Assembly (NCBI GenBank): GCA_964016885.1
Contig: OZ024751.1
Coordinates: 15,252,001-15,316,000, forward strand
Reading direction: 5' to 3'
Length of the DNA: 64,000 bases
Origin: Eledone cirrhosa
Lineage: Eukaryota
Positions within the stretch are counted from its first letter, which is position 1. Every line of letters starts with the position of its first letter. Below the pieces are notes generated by a model. It saw only the letters and a program-made list of their open reading frames with translations, searched no databases and was not told where the DNA came from. Below are positions 1-13,219 of the stretch, one piece after another. Both the position numbers and the translations under genes were made by a program.

Positions 1-167
1 GAGTTACGTCCCTTTACGGACTGAGTTCAAATCCCACCGAGGTAAACTTTGCCTTTCATCCTTACGGGGTCGATAAAATAAAGTACCAGTCACGCACTGG
101 GGTCGATTTAATCGACTTTGCCCTCCCCTCAAATTGCTGGCCTTGTGCCTAAAGTAGAAATAATTAT
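1..167 (+). mobile_element. tRNA-derived SINE (Meta-domain-like core), cut by window start
   Basis: B-box-like GAGTTCAAATCC, core GCCTTTCATCCTTACGGGGTCGATAAAATAAAGTACCAG, tail GGCCTTGTGCCTAAAGTAGAA+ATTATT; many copies in window. Confidence 0.85.
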
Positions 168-199
168 TATAATATATATATATATATATAAATATATTA

Positions 200-382
200 T
201 AATTGTTTCTACTTTTGGCACAAAGCCAGCAATTACCCAGTGCATTACTTTATTTTATTGACCCCTTAAGGATGAAAGGCAAAGTTAACCTTGGCGGGAT
301 TTGAACTCAGACCGTAAAGGGACGTAACTATACTGGAAAGTATGGCGTCCGACCCTCTACAGATACTGCCAATCCACTGCCC
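200..382 (-). mobile_element. same SINE family, reverse copy (tail-to-tail with 1-167)
   Basis: Reverse complement of the 1-167 core and head (GGATGAAAGGCAAAGTT...GGATTTGAACTC...GCCAATCCACTGCC). Confidence 0.85.
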
Positions 383-820
383 TTATATATATATAAATTA
401 TAATAATAATAAAAAGCACAAAGTGTTAGGTCTTCATTGTGTTTATTGAGTAGTGACGCGTGTTTCACTATTGATCAGCTCAAAGTTCGATCTGTATTGG
501 TCTGACCCGACTCTGGAATCAAAAGCTTGTTGGACCTCTGTTATGGTAATGATAGAATGAACCTCCTAGGGCTTTGAAACAGTATATAACAATTCACATT
601 CATTTACTGATGAGCCTACAGTAACTGGACATTACAAGCCCTAAATATATTTATATATATAGTTCTTGCAAGCAGGGAAAAGCGGACGTAAAATGATGAT
701 GATAATGATGATGATGATGATATATATTTGTATGTATGTATGTGTGTGTATGTACAGAGAGAGAAATACATACATGTATATAATTACACACATACATACA
801 CATATATATACACACACTTA

Positions 821-1168
821 TGAGGGTGGGCTGAAAAGTTCATATGAAGGATTGATGCTATGAAGGATTGATGTTAGAGCTGTGAAATCTTGCATGCATT
901 AATTTCAACTTTTCTTATTAATAGCTGTATTGTTTCTTTCGAGTGACTATGTTGAAAAATATATCTCATTTGGTCATTCCATGAGAGTATCTTGGTCTAT
1001 CTATGAAGGTATGATGCTAGTGTTGTGAAATCTTGCATGCATTAATTTCAACTCTTCCTTATTAATAACTGCATTGTTTCTTTCCAGGACTATGTTGAAA
1101 AATATAACTCATCTGGTCATTCCATGAGCGTATCTTAGTCCGCCTATGAACTTTTCAGCCAACCCTCA
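821..1168. mobile_element. Tc1/mariner-type MITE with internal ~140-bp tandem duplication
   Basis: TIRs TGAGGGTGGGCTGAAAAGTTCATA / TATGAACTTTTCAGCCAACCCTCA, TA on both flanks; ~860-1000 repeated at ~1001-1141. Confidence 0.8.
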
Positions 1169-2018
1169 TACGATGTTAGTTAGTTGGAAAATATTAAGCA
1201 TTGCTATTTTAAAGAGGGGCTAAGAATAAACAATTTGCCAATTCTAAACTGTGTTAAACCAGAATCTGTGGAGACTTGTGAAATTTTAAACAAATGGTTG
1301 ACTAATAGGAGTAAGGAATTATAAAGGAAGTGAAGAATACTATTGCGTCTTCCTGACAACTGTGCGACACACCCACTTCTTTGAGATAGCCTGAAAAAAA
1401 ACATTAATCTGGTATCTTCTGTTTTCTAACACACCAACCACATTTTCGGGTGCTGTCGTTGAACTTAGGCAATCAGAATACATTTGAAAAGTTTCATTAT
1501 TACATTATTAAAAAGTAGGTAAAGCAATATTTTTCAATCAGTGGGAAAGAAAATCTGTTGACATTAGTTTCAACAGCTGAGCAAGAGAAAGCATGAGTTA
1601 ACCTTTTAAAAACCATTAAAGCTTACTGCTTATAATGCTTGATGATAAATTATTAGCTGGAGCATTCAGAATTATTGCTTTATTTACTGTAATTTGAAAC
1701 CATCAGTCTTGGATATCTCCCCCCTCTCACTTTCTTTCTCTTAATGAAGACTAGGAGTCACTTGTTCTACAAAAAAAAAATATCTTTATTGGATGGTCAT
1801 TGACTCTCTTGAATTCCTCTGCCTTTTGATGGGTCTTGTTTTTCCTCCTGCAGAGTGTCTAAATTCACCCTCCTTACCAAGCAAACTTGGTGGGGTTGCT
1901 GGTTTAGTTGCTGACGACCCAACCATGTACAGGTTGTACTGGTTTACATGTTACCAGTAACACTGAAGAGTGACCTGACAATAACATACATACATACAGC
2001 ATGGAAAATGGAGGTTAA

Positions 2019-2072
<54 letters not shown>

Positions 2073-2176
2073 CTACAATACATACATGCATGCATTCATA
2101 CATATATTGATACATACATTCATACATACATACATACATACATACATACATACATACATACATACATACATACATA

Positions 2177-2587
2177 CCTTCAAATTTATGCCTGTGATTA
2201 TTGGGGCACTGGGATATGTTAGTAACTGCCTCAATACAAATCTTGAGAAGCTAGGCTTCACAGGAACAGAAAGAACACAACTAGTTAGGAAATTACAAGT
2301 ACAATCCATTAATGGAACAGTAAAAATATGTAAAACATTCCAAAAATTTTGCATCTAATAACTGCATATACACATGTACAGATACAAAGCATATACACAT
2401 GCACACATACAACTCAAAACATACACATCCACACATACAATAACATCCATATCTACACATGCATGCATACATACATATCTACCTAGTTGATGTTGTGTAA
2501 ATTCCAATGAGAGAGTCTTGTGTCTATGTTAGAAACCGACTCTCTCTCTATTGGTAAAACTTTGTGAAATTATAAAACCAGAAGGAC
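2177..2587 (+). mobile_element. 3' end of R4/Dong-clade non-LTR retrotransposon in (CATA)n
   Basis: Translates FMPVIIGALGYVSNCL...LQVQSINGTVKICKTF*, typical C-terminus of the restriction-like endonuclease domain; (CATA)n on both sides. Confidence 0.7.
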
Positions 2588-3077
2588 ATACATACATACA
2601 TACATACATACATACATACATACATGGTGGCTGCCAACTCGTTTTCGAGTACGGCCACTACTTTATAGCCATGTAGGAGAACCCTACCGATGCGCTGAAC
2701 GAGTGTGACTTTTTAGTCCAGCCAGCGACTTGAAAACTCTGGTACAAACACTACACATGTGACAATTATTGACACATAGTGCTGGGCCCATGGTACCATG
2801 TGACGACAAGTGCAGAGAGATCTCCAGATATAAAGCAATGCCTGTGCTGTGAAGCTTTTATAGTGAGCAAAGGCACTGCACAAAGCCAGTCCCACTCTCT
2901 TAACCAAGATGATATTTACCAAAAAGAAGAACAAGTCAACATCATTGGATACCATCAGGGTTGCAGGTGTTATATCAGAGTTTTCCTTCTCCTAGAATTC
3001 TGCCTTGACAAAGGCTAAGGGGTCATCTCTCCCTATACATACATACATCTCTCCCTATACATACATACATACATAAT

Positions 3078-3355
3078 GAAACTAGAGAGCCAGTGATGAA
3101 TGTTCTGAAGAGAAATGGAATGAGATGGTAGAGTCATGTGTTGAGGAAGGATAAAAGTGATTGAATGAGAGGAGTGATGGAAATGAATGTGGATGGAAGT
3201 AGAGGAAGGGGAAGACTAAGAAAGTCATGGCTAAAGATGATAAAGTGGGAAATGAAAGTCAGAAAGGATAGGGCACAATAGAGAAGTTTGTCATTTGTGT
3301 CTGCAAGACTAACCCCTGCCTTAGCAAGGTCGATAGACTTAAACTGTTTGTTGTG
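3078..3355 (+). mobile_element. degenerate RTE LINE 3' fragment
   Basis: RW*SHVLRKD...VDGSRGRGRLRKSW, similar to RTE C-termini elsewhere in window. Confidence 0.65.
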
Positions 3356-3398
3356 GGTTTATATATGTATGTGTGTGTGTGTGTGTGTGTATGTGTAC

Positions 3399-4474
3399 AT
3401 CATCATCATCATCATCATCGTTTAACGTCCATCTTCCACGCTTGCATGGGTTTGGACGGGAGTTTTTCCACTTGAGGCAAGATTGGTTATCCTGCTCATA
3501 TAGGACTGTCTGGCGGGTTTTCTACGGCTGGATGCCCTTCCTAACACCAACCACGTTTACAGTGTGTACTGGAAGGTTTTTACCGTGTTACCTACACGGC
3601 CACATTACAGCGTGGACTGTGTGTTTTTTTGTCGTGACACCTACACGACCTCATTTGTTTCAGACTGGATGTTGTGGTATCAACATAACTTCACATTTAA
3701 GGGGGTGGTGTGGATAGGGTGGGGGTAGTGGGACGGGGGTGTATTTTGTTAGAGGTGCCTACTGACTGTAGGTTTCGCTTTGTACTTAGGCAAGGCGGGT
3801 CTTCTGTATAACTGTGTAGCGCCAAAGATCTCGGTCCAGTGACATTGTCTTGGAGAGGTGTAAGTGTGTGAGGTCGGAATTTATCAAGTCGTCCCAGGTT
3901 TTTCTGGGTCTGTCTACTCCGTGGCTACCGTCTATTTTTATCGCCCTGCACTTTTTTATACAGCTGTCGTCTTTCATGCACATCACGTGACCGTACCAAC
4001 GTAGTCTTCTCTTGAGTAAACAACATCTGATCCCTCTTATTCCTAATTTCTCCCTTAGTTCGTTTATGCTTTGCCGTTCACGTATATTACTATTACACAT
4101 CCAGCGGAGTATGCAAGCTTCGTTTCTCTCCAGTCTGCGTATATCCTCTGCACACAATGCCCAGGTCTCACTGCCATGTAACATTGCTGTTCGTATGCAG
4201 GCATCATACAGCCTGCCTTTCATTTTTAGGGAGAACCCTTTAGTGGCCAATAGTGGTATAAGCTCTCTGAACTTTTTCCATCCCGTTCTGACTCTAGCTA
4301 CTGTACTTTCAGAGCACCCTCCTCCACTGCTGATTTTGTCACCCAGGTAAAGGAAGCTGTCCACTATTTCTATAGAACCATCTGTGCAATGGAATGAGCT
4401 AGTATTCTGTGAGCACTTACTGCTACTTATTGCACCAGAGCACCGGCCACATATAAAATCTATATTCTTAGTTA
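3399..4474 (-). mobile_element. 5'-truncated RTE-clade LINE (ORF C-terminus, 3' UTR, (GAT)n tail)
   Basis: ORF 3786-4474 nearly identical to C-terminal third of 52201-53862 (YLGDKISSGGG, HGSETW, RLRWYGHV, RPRKTW); 5' junction in (TA)n. Confidence 0.95.
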
Positions 4475-4533
<59 letters not shown>

Positions 4534-4661
4534 CATACAGAGATATATAAATATTAAAGAAGACATGATCACCTGACTTGGTGTTGCCCACAACAGGACA
4601 ACTCATCTAACCCATGCTGGCATGGAAAAATAGACGTAAAACAGTGATGATATATATATAC

Positions 4662-4692
<31 letters not shown>

Positions 4693-5136
4693 CACACATA
4701 CACACAAACACATATATATATATATATACATATATTACTATATATAACATTTATTCTGCAGATGTATTCTTTTTGGTCTCTACTGTTTTTTCAAGAATTT
4801 GTTTAAATATGTTTGTCTTCTGTTTCATATATTCTAAATAATATATTTTGTTAAAAAAAGATATAACCACATGTGTAGAATTGGAACACAGTGGACTTGT
4901 CTTACCGTTTCTTTAGTTTACTGGAATCTACTGTAATATAAACAAACAGTTTCTCTCATGTCTCAAATATACATACCAAAATATATCTCCATTATTTATG
5001 AGTAACACAGACAAAGACAACAACAACAAAAATAGCAACAAATTCTAGATCTTAGAATCTCTGGTGACTCATGTCTTCACTTTAATCTTCAGTAATTTCA
5101 TAATAATAATAATAATGGTTTCTTTATAATAATAAT

Positions 5137-5660
5137 AATTGTTTCTACTTTTGGCACAAGGCCAGCAATTACCCAGTAAATTACTGCTACTTTATTTTAT
5201 CGACCCCGTAAGGATGAAAGGCAAAGTTAACCTCAACGGGATTTGAACTCAGACAGTAAAGGGACGTAACTATGCTAGAAAGCATGGAGTCCAACCCTCT
5301 ACCGATACTACCAATTCACCGCCCTGGTTTCTTTAAAATAATAATAATTGTTTCTACTTTTGGCACAAGGCCAGCAATCACCCAGTGCATTACTGGTACT
5401 TTATTTTATCGAGTACCAGTAATGCACAGGGTAATTGCTGGCCTTGTTTCTACTTTAGGCACAAGGCCAGAAATTTGAAGGGGGAGGGGAAAGTCAATTA
5501 AATCGACCCCAGTGCATTACTGGTGCTTTAGTTTATCAATCTCGCAAGAATGTGAGGCAACGCTAACCTCGGCGGGCTTTGAACTCAGAACGTAAAGGGA
5601 CATGACTCTATGCTACAAACCATGATGTCTGACTCTCTACCTATACTGCCAATCCACCAC
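5137..5660 (-). mobile_element. cluster of SINE copies in (TAA)n with a local fold-back inversion
   Basis: Repeated TTTCTACTTTTGGCACAAGGCCAG tails and GGATTTGAACTC heads; ~5365-5401 inverted at ~5412-5446. Confidence 0.8.
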
Positions 5661-5661
5661 C

Positions 5662-5701
<40 letters not shown>

Positions 5702-5895
5702 TTTCTTTATTGGTCACAAGGGCTGACATCAAGAAAAACATTACAGACGGCACAGGACAGTACAGGATGGTATGATGTGGGTTTTGTACGTGTAAAGATT
5801 TTTATTATTTATATAACAAAAGAAAAAAAAGACATAGAAACATATATATATAAACAATAAAAATGAAAATTGAAACAATAATAATAATAATAATA

Positions 5896-7680
5896 AGAGA
5901 GATTGAGTTGGAAATGGAGAGTGGAGTATATCAGGCAAATGCGCCAGTGGGAAATGGAGGTGAAGAAGTTGAGAGACCTGAGGAAGCAACCAAAGCAGAC
6001 AATGATCTGAATGCTGAAATAAATAACATCTGGAACAAAGATACGGCCATTGATGAAATGCATGCTGACGGGCTAGGGCAAGATTTGGTCAATATTCTGA
6101 ACTTAGTGGTAGATGAAATGAACAATGATAGTGGAAAGCCTATGAACCTAAGATTTGTAGACAGGAAAAAGTTAAAAGAAACAACAGCTAAGGTAAACAA
6201 GGTCATCCCATACCTTGAGGCGAGGAAGCTTCACCAATGCAACAATATCCTCAAAGCAATCGCAAATGTGGTGAAAAAATTACTTGGTATAAAAACGAGA
6301 GGAAACAACAAACAAGAAAGATCAGAACCTCGGTGGAAGAAACGACTGAATGGTCAAAGCAAGGAAATGAGAAAAGACATTGGAAAGCTTGAGTCTTTAC
6401 TGAATGGGACTTTACAAAACATAGACACTAAAGATAGATTGAAAATAAAATACAAAACTAGGGGAAACTGTTAACAAGCATTGTGTCTGAAGAAATCTAC
6501 TATCACCTCCCCTTAAACAACTTGTTACCGGACAAACAGAAAGGATGTCGAAAGAAGTCCCATGGTACAAAAGACCAGTTACTTATTGATAAGATGGTAA
6601 TGAGGAATTACAAGAGGAGGCATACTGGTCTTGCCATGGGATGGATAGATTACAAAAAGGCATTCAACATGGTACCGCATTCTTGGATAACCAAAAGCCT
6701 AGAGATCTTCAAGGTGGCAGACAACATCAGACAGCTATTAAGTAAAAGTATGTAGTCCTGGGAAACAGAGCTAACATCAGGTGGAGAATCCTTGGGAGGC
6801 GTGAAGATCAAGAGAGGTATCTTCCAGGGAGATAGTTTGTCCCCTTTGTTGTTTGTCCTTACCCTCATACCCTTGCCCCTCATATTGCGAAAAGTGAGAG
6901 CAGGATACAAGCTGGGAAGAGGAGAGCTTACCATCAACCACCTCCTCTTCATGGATGATCTTAAACTCTTTGGGAAGAGTGAGAAGGAGTTGGATGTACT
7001 TGTTGACACTCCGTATTTTCAGCAATGATATATGTATGGAATTTGGTGTTAATAAGTGTGGAGTCCTAGTGATGAAGAGGGGTAAATTGAGCAGAAGCGA
7101 CGGAATCCAGGTACCAACAGGTGAGATGATAAAGGAAATTGACACTGAAGAGGGATACAAATATTTAGGTGTCTGGAGGCAGATGACATCAAGAACAAAA
7201 AAATGAAGGAATTGATAAGATCTGAATACACAAGGAGAGTAAGGAACATACTAAAATCACATCTAAATAGTAGGAATGTCATAAGTGCAGTAAATTCCCG
7301 AGCTGTGTCTATTATTAGGTACAGTGTGGAAATTCTGAAATGGAATGTTGCTGAACAAAAAGAAATGGATAGGAAGACTAGGAAGTTAATGACTATCTAC
7401 AACATGTTCCACAAGAGGAGTGATGTTGATAGACTCTACTTAAAGAGATCTAAAGGTGGATGAGGTCTTCTCAGCATAGAGGACTGTGTTCAGATGGAAA
7501 AAAACAGTCTGCACAAATATGTGGCTGACAGTAGGGAGCCAATGCTCAAAATTGTACTGAAGGAGAAGACAATAGACCAAGGGATGTCCAAGGAAGAAAT
7601 AACAACAAGAAGGAAGAGCAACCTTCATGAAAAATCCCTTCTTTAAGAAAACGGAATTCAGAGATCCACAGACATGGAAC
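5896..7680 (+). mobile_element. decayed Dong/R4-clade LINE, reverse transcriptase pseudogene
   Basis: QKGCRKKSHGTKDQLLID, WIDYKKAFNMVPHSWI, GIFQGDSLSPLLF, NHLLFMDDLKLF, YKYLG, DVDRLYL split by stops and frameshifts; starts at (TAA)n. Confidence 0.92.
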
Positions 7681-7944
7681 ATTATGAAATGTAATCTTTA
7701 TGGTACATTATGAGCAAGGGAGTGAGCAGAGAGGGGATTCTCAACACTATGGTCAGGAGGGGTGTGCCTACAAATGCCACAAAATAGATGTCAAATGATG
7801 ATGATGATGATGATATATCCTGATCATCATCATCATAATCCTCATTTAATAATTGTTTTCCCTGTTAGCAAGGATTGGAAAGATCTTCACAGATTGAGTC
7901 AGTACTCAAGCAGGACTAATCACCTCTCTGATGAACTAGGATCC

Positions 7945-8410
7945 TCCCACTCTGTAAAGTGGTCATGTTGGTGACACAATAAAAAGTGCCCAGCCGACAC
8001 TGTAAAGTGGTCGTGTAGGTGTCACAATAAAAAGCACTCAGTCTACACTATAAAGTGGTTGTGTAGGAGTCACAATAAAAATCAGCCAGCCCACACTGTA
8101 AAGTGGTCGTTTAGGAGTCATGCATGATAAAAAGCGCCTAGTCCCCACTGTAAAGTGGTTGTGTAGGAGCCACAATAAAAAACTCTCAACTGTAAAGTGG
8201 TTGTGCAGGAATCTCGATAAAAAGCGCCCAGTCACACTTTAAATGTGGTTGGCATTAGGAAGGGCATCCAGCCATAGAAACCAAGCCAAAATCAGTTATG
8301 TGTGAGCAAAACACGGTCCCCCGACCTGGCTTGTCTCACAATGGGACAGCTCGTCTAACCCACCCTAGTGTGCGAAATGGACGTTAAACGATAATGATGA
8401 TGATGATAAT
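7945..8410 (+). mobile_element. RTE-type 3' tail with ~43-bp internal tandem repeats
   Basis: Several CACTGTAAAGTGGT...AATAAAAAG units, then GGCATTAGGAAGGGCATCCAGC...GGACGTTAAACGATAATGATG. Confidence 0.75.
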
Positions 8411-8426
8411 CTCATACATACATTTA

Positions 8427-8460
<34 letters not shown>

Positions 8461-8622
8461 TTCAATGAAACATACGCACACACACATATATGCATGCACG
8501 ATGCCGTAACCTCTCGGGGAACCGTATTGACATACAGCGTTACTAGGGCATTTCAAAACCTGGAGCCTATTCGTCTGAATACAGCAGATGTGAGAGATAT
8601 AGAAGAAGAAACGACTTGTACT

Positions 8623-8727
8623 GGATGAGAGGCAAAGTTGACCTCGATGGGATTTGAACTCAGAGTCGAAACGAATATCGCAAAACATTCTATCCGACGT
8701 TCTAACGACTCTGCCAATTCGCCGCCT
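8623..8727 (-). mobile_element. SINE 5' half
   Basis: GGATGAGAGGCAAAGTTGACCTCG...GGATTTGAACTC...GCCAATTCGCCGCC. Confidence 0.75.
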
Positions 8728-9059
8728 ATACACACACACACACACACACACACATCTTTTCCACCTATATTAAGCATTAAACTAATATATATCTTCATCG
8801 TACTGTTTCGTTTTCCTGTGCTATTTATCCTTTTACTTTTCACACACACACACATACATATATATATACGTAGACGCACACGTATGTACGAGTGTATATG
8901 TTTTGATTTTGGTAATGTCCTTGAGAGAAATGAATGAATGTCATAACTTGCCATTACCAACCCCCTATTTATACATAAGCAATGACATGACTAAATGAAG
9001 AATTTCATTAGAAACCACCCCGCAAGATCATAGTTAAGATCTAGCTGTGGTGACATTCA

Positions 9060-9569
9060 TCACTGTCCGGTAACTGTTCAAACCGCCATACCGTTCCGTT
9101 AGCTAGTTTTTCATTCCGATCCGCCTACAGTTATATTATACCACTTAGGCTACTGGAAGAGGCATGAAAGCCTCAGCATCTGTTTACTTTTACTATATAT
9201 AAATACGAGTGCTCATTTTTAGTGTAAAACCGAATCACGTCGACGGCGATGATGGTAGTGTCAGTAATAGCTGCAACGATGGTAGCTGTGGCAGCAGCAA
9301 TATCGGCTGCACCTGCAGCAGTAGATATCAACTGCAACAGCATTAGCAGTGTCAGCTGCACCTGTGGCAGTACTATGAAGGTTTAATAGCAACAGCAGTG
9401 TCAGCTGCACCTGTGGCAGTAGTATCAACTGCAAAAAAAAAAAAAAAAGAGCAGTAGCAGCATCAGTAGTAGCAGCAGCATCATCACTATCAGCAGCAGC
9501 AGTAGCAGCTAGCTCATGAATTATTCATGAGGTCGAGAAGGAGGCTTTTCTAGAAGGAAGGGCAGCACC
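9060..9569 (+). promoter_or_regulatory. putative promoter and 5' UTR of host gene
   Basis: Locally CpG-rich unique DNA, TATATAAA near 9196, CAG/GCA-rich leader, duplicated CAGCTG/CACCTG E-box block, two uORFs before a good Kozak ATG. Confidence 0.5.
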
Positions 9570-9621
9570 ATGTCGGACCGCGAGAGTGATGAAGATCAAC
9601 AACAGCAGGCACAAAATAGAG
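9570..9621 (+). CDS. probable first coding exon of an unidentified host gene (MSDRESDEDQQQQAQNR, phase-1 intron)
   Basis: GCACC-ATG context, in-frame upstream stop at 9528-9530, AG/GTTAGC donor followed by an abrupt shift to AT-rich DNA; no second exon identified. Confidence 0.6.
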
Positions 9622-10456
9622 GTTAGCACTTTCTTTAGATTTACTTTTATATCATTATTGACACTACATAATAAACTATTCATCACATAGTACATTTATT
9701 TAGCTCTCTTTTATACCATTTACCTTCTACACCACACTATGCTACACTATAACATACACAAATATATATATATATATATATATTCACAGAATATATGCAT
9801 ACATCACTTTCTGTGTGTGTCTATATAATATATATATATGTATGTATTTGTCTGCATGTGTATGACATTCATGGATCGATGAGCAATATATATATATATA
9901 TATATATATATGTGTATACCGTGTGTTATATAATCTATATATTTATAATATACACATACAAGGTTACTGCAAATAATGTAGCGTTCACTTCATTTCTTCT
10001 GTGCGTTATTGTTGTTGTTTAACCCCTGGTCAGTTTTGATCGAGCTGATCTATGATAAAAAAAAACAAAAACACTCCAGCCAAGGCCATCCGGTGTTTTC
10101 AACACACCAGGAACTATATTATCAATTATGTCCTGCCTTAAAAATATTAATAATAAATAAATAAAACTGACAAACAAAAAAAAAAAGAAATAATAATAAT
10201 GGAAAAGAAAATGGGAGGGTTGTGATCTGAAGGAGATCTGGCTGTTATTTTTAGCAGGTCGAACGATCTCATAGAGAATCACTCATTTTGTTGGATTTTT
10301 TTGGTGTTTCTCGATTCCAAGTTGAAATTTTATTGGGGCTGATTCTTATATATAGATATAAATGTATACACACATACGTATATACATACATATACATACA
10401 TCTTATGGACCAACCAGTATTCATGTAGAAATATTACATATTATCAACACTTGTTG

Positions 10457-10499
<43 letters not shown>

Positions 10500-10589
10500 T
10501 GTGTGTGTGTGTTATCAATGTGCGTATGTATATATCGATCTCTGTGCAAATCCCATGCAATGTGTGATATCCAATAGGCATTCCTGTAT

Positions 10590-10863
10590 TTGTGTGTATA
10601 TGTGTATATATTACAATTGTACGTCATGCATGTATATAATATATATATATATAAACCAGAAGTATATATATATATATATATATATATAAATGAAAGGTAT
10701 AGAAATATATATATAAATAAATATATATATGTATATAAATGTGTATATGTGTGTGTTTGTGTGTGTGTATGTGAAACGCTACTTATCTGTTGCTTCTACC
10801 TCACATTCTGTCATATAAACACACACATGTACATAGATGTCCTTGCCACTCTCATATCTCTAT

Positions 10864-10904
<41 letters not shown>

Positions 10905-11260
10905 TACATATGCATGTATATACATGTACACACACATACATACACTCCCGTAGATATAGATATATATATATGTACTGTGTATTTCTATATATACACATAC
11001 ATATGCATTTGTATACATATGTACACATATACATACATACACTCACGTACATATATATTTATACATACATGTACATATATTTGGTTTGGATAAATATATA
11101 TATGTACGAGGTGCGTTCAAAGACTATATATACATGCATGCATTTATATATATACAAATATGTATATACATGTATGTGTATATAAATATATACATACATG
11201 CATCTACAAATATGTATATACATGTATGTGTATATAAATATATACATACATGCACATAAG
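10590..11260. repeat. compound (TA)/(CA)/(TG) microsatellite
   Basis: Direct inspection. Confidence 0.9.
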
Positions 11261-12646
11261 TTCTCTCTCTCTCATATCGTTTGTCCCTCAGTTTTATCTA
11301 TATCTGTATCTCTCTTTCTCTCTACCTCTTCCTTTTAACCACTCTATATCACTACACCTCTTCCTTCACCTATAACGCCTTTCTCTCTTTCTCTGGTCTT
11401 CTCTCTCTCTCACGTCTCCCCTTTTCTCTGTCAATACTTTTATCTTTTCCTCAATTTCTTCTTTTTCTGTCTTTCATTTCCACAGTCTCTCTTTCTCTCT
11501 AGTTAATCCTCTTTATGCATACACACATACATACATACCTACACACATATATGTACATACACATACATACGTATATGAATTTCGTTTATAAATATATTTC
11601 ATTCCTTCCCTTTCTTCACACATATACACAATCCAACCCCATTTCTCTCTCAGAGTACTGGAGGGAAGCCTCAGTTTCGAATATATATACACACACACAC
11701 ATATATAGTGACTCGCGTGTTGAATAGATAGATGTGGCCCCTTTATATTCCTCTATATGCCATTGACACCACTCTATACATGTCTAGGTACATCCTTATA
11801 GACATGTCTTTCACTAATCTTGGTGTGCTTTATAGTAACTGGTTGTTGTTGTGATTCTATAACACACATTCACACAAACATACTAATCTGTTCATCTTTC
11901 CACACATCTAAATAATCTTAATAATAGACAATATTTCAGTCCACTAGAATGGCCTTCTTTTGAGGATTTCTCAACAAATTTTCTAATGTCAGCATATATT
12001 ATCAGCACCATAATCATCGTCCCACTCACCACATTAGCTGGGAACGAGGAAAAAATCGAATTCGCCTCTTCCTGTAGCTTTTGGAGGTTTTTCTCCCCCC
12101 TATTTCTAGTTTCGATTTTGTTGCCGTTACAGCTGTATATATTATTTTACACAACAACCAGACACTGCTCCTCACTGACACACACATACCCCCCCCCCTC
12201 TCTCTGTTAATATACATACATGCATGTATAAATACACACACACACATAAACACACTTATATGCATACATATGTATATATTTATATGTGGATAATTCTTGT
12301 TAGTCTTACGAAACGGTCGTACATCAATTAGATGATTTAATTAAAATCCTTGTTAATCTTTGTTCTTCACACACGCATATATATCTGTGTATACACACAC
12401 ACATATATAATATTTATTTTCTGAAGAGAAAGTGGCTGTGACTTCGGAGTTACAGCTTGGTCGTTTCTTCTGGCTGTTAGGAAGGGAGTCTCCAGTAGAC
12501 GAGGCGAGGTGTATGAAACCTTAGAAATGGTTATGTAGTCCTTGTTAGCCATACACATTTACACGCATGCACACGCGCGTGAGGGGCGTTACACTCAAGT
12601 GCTATGTGCGCGCGTGCGTGTATATAGCAATATATATATATATATA

Positions 12647-12725
12647 CAGGGTGTCCCCCAAAAAATGTATACACATATTTATTAGAATGCTGTTGAAGTG
12701 TGTATACATTTTTTCGGACACCCTG
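12647..12725. mobile_element. 79-bp Tc1/mariner-type MITE
   Basis: TIRs CAGGGTGTCC..AAAAAATGTATACAC / GTGTATACATTTTTTCGGACACCCTG, TA flanks. Confidence 0.85.
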
Positions 12726-12764
<39 letters not shown>

Positions 12765-12768
<4 letters not shown>

Positions 12769-12904
12769 AAAGTTGGTTGATCAAATAATCTACCGACATT
12801 TTCGTAAACAGCTGTAAAGCACTCAACGATTTGTATTCCTTTGGATTTTCTGTAAGGTATCAACCGGAGTTTTAATATAATAAATAAGAGAGACGGTTTT
12901 ATCA
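12765..12904 (-). mobile_element. short TA-inserted element, 3' end of the hammerhead-element class
   Basis: (TA)n on both sides; minus strand ACTCCGG...TTGAGTGCT motif shared with 15710-15750 and 54912-54963. Confidence 0.55.
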
Positions 12905-13186
12905 TATATATATATATATATCGTCATTGGGGCAGACGGCTAAAAGAAGCCGGAGTATGTAGTATGCTTGTTGTGTCAGTGAGTGTAGAAGGTGATGAAA
13001 GAAAGGAAGAAAGATCTGTGATGCTTCAAAGAACTAAAACATACCAACAGATTGTTCCTGTTGCAATAAGTCTTGATGGTGACGTGCTCAGCTGCAATGC
13101 TTAGCAACTTTTGATGTAGCTAATCTTGTACATCCTCCCACACAGAACACCACACTGCACTACATCCACCTTACACCTCCCCCCGT

Positions 13187-13219
<33 letters not shown>

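Noticed and set aside
20-40. tRNA gene from GAGTTCAAATCC B-box
   Set aside because: Part of SINE heads; no cloverleaf
4012-4350. Antisense ORFs over LINEs (also 52857-53672, 6650-7282)
   Set aside because: Shadow frames of retrotransposon coding sequence
12765-12816. Apparent + strand hammerhead (ATGATGA..hairpin..GTAAACAGCTGTA)
   Set aside because: Both core boxes are imperfect, there is no stem I, and the shared 3' motif indicates the element is on the minus strand
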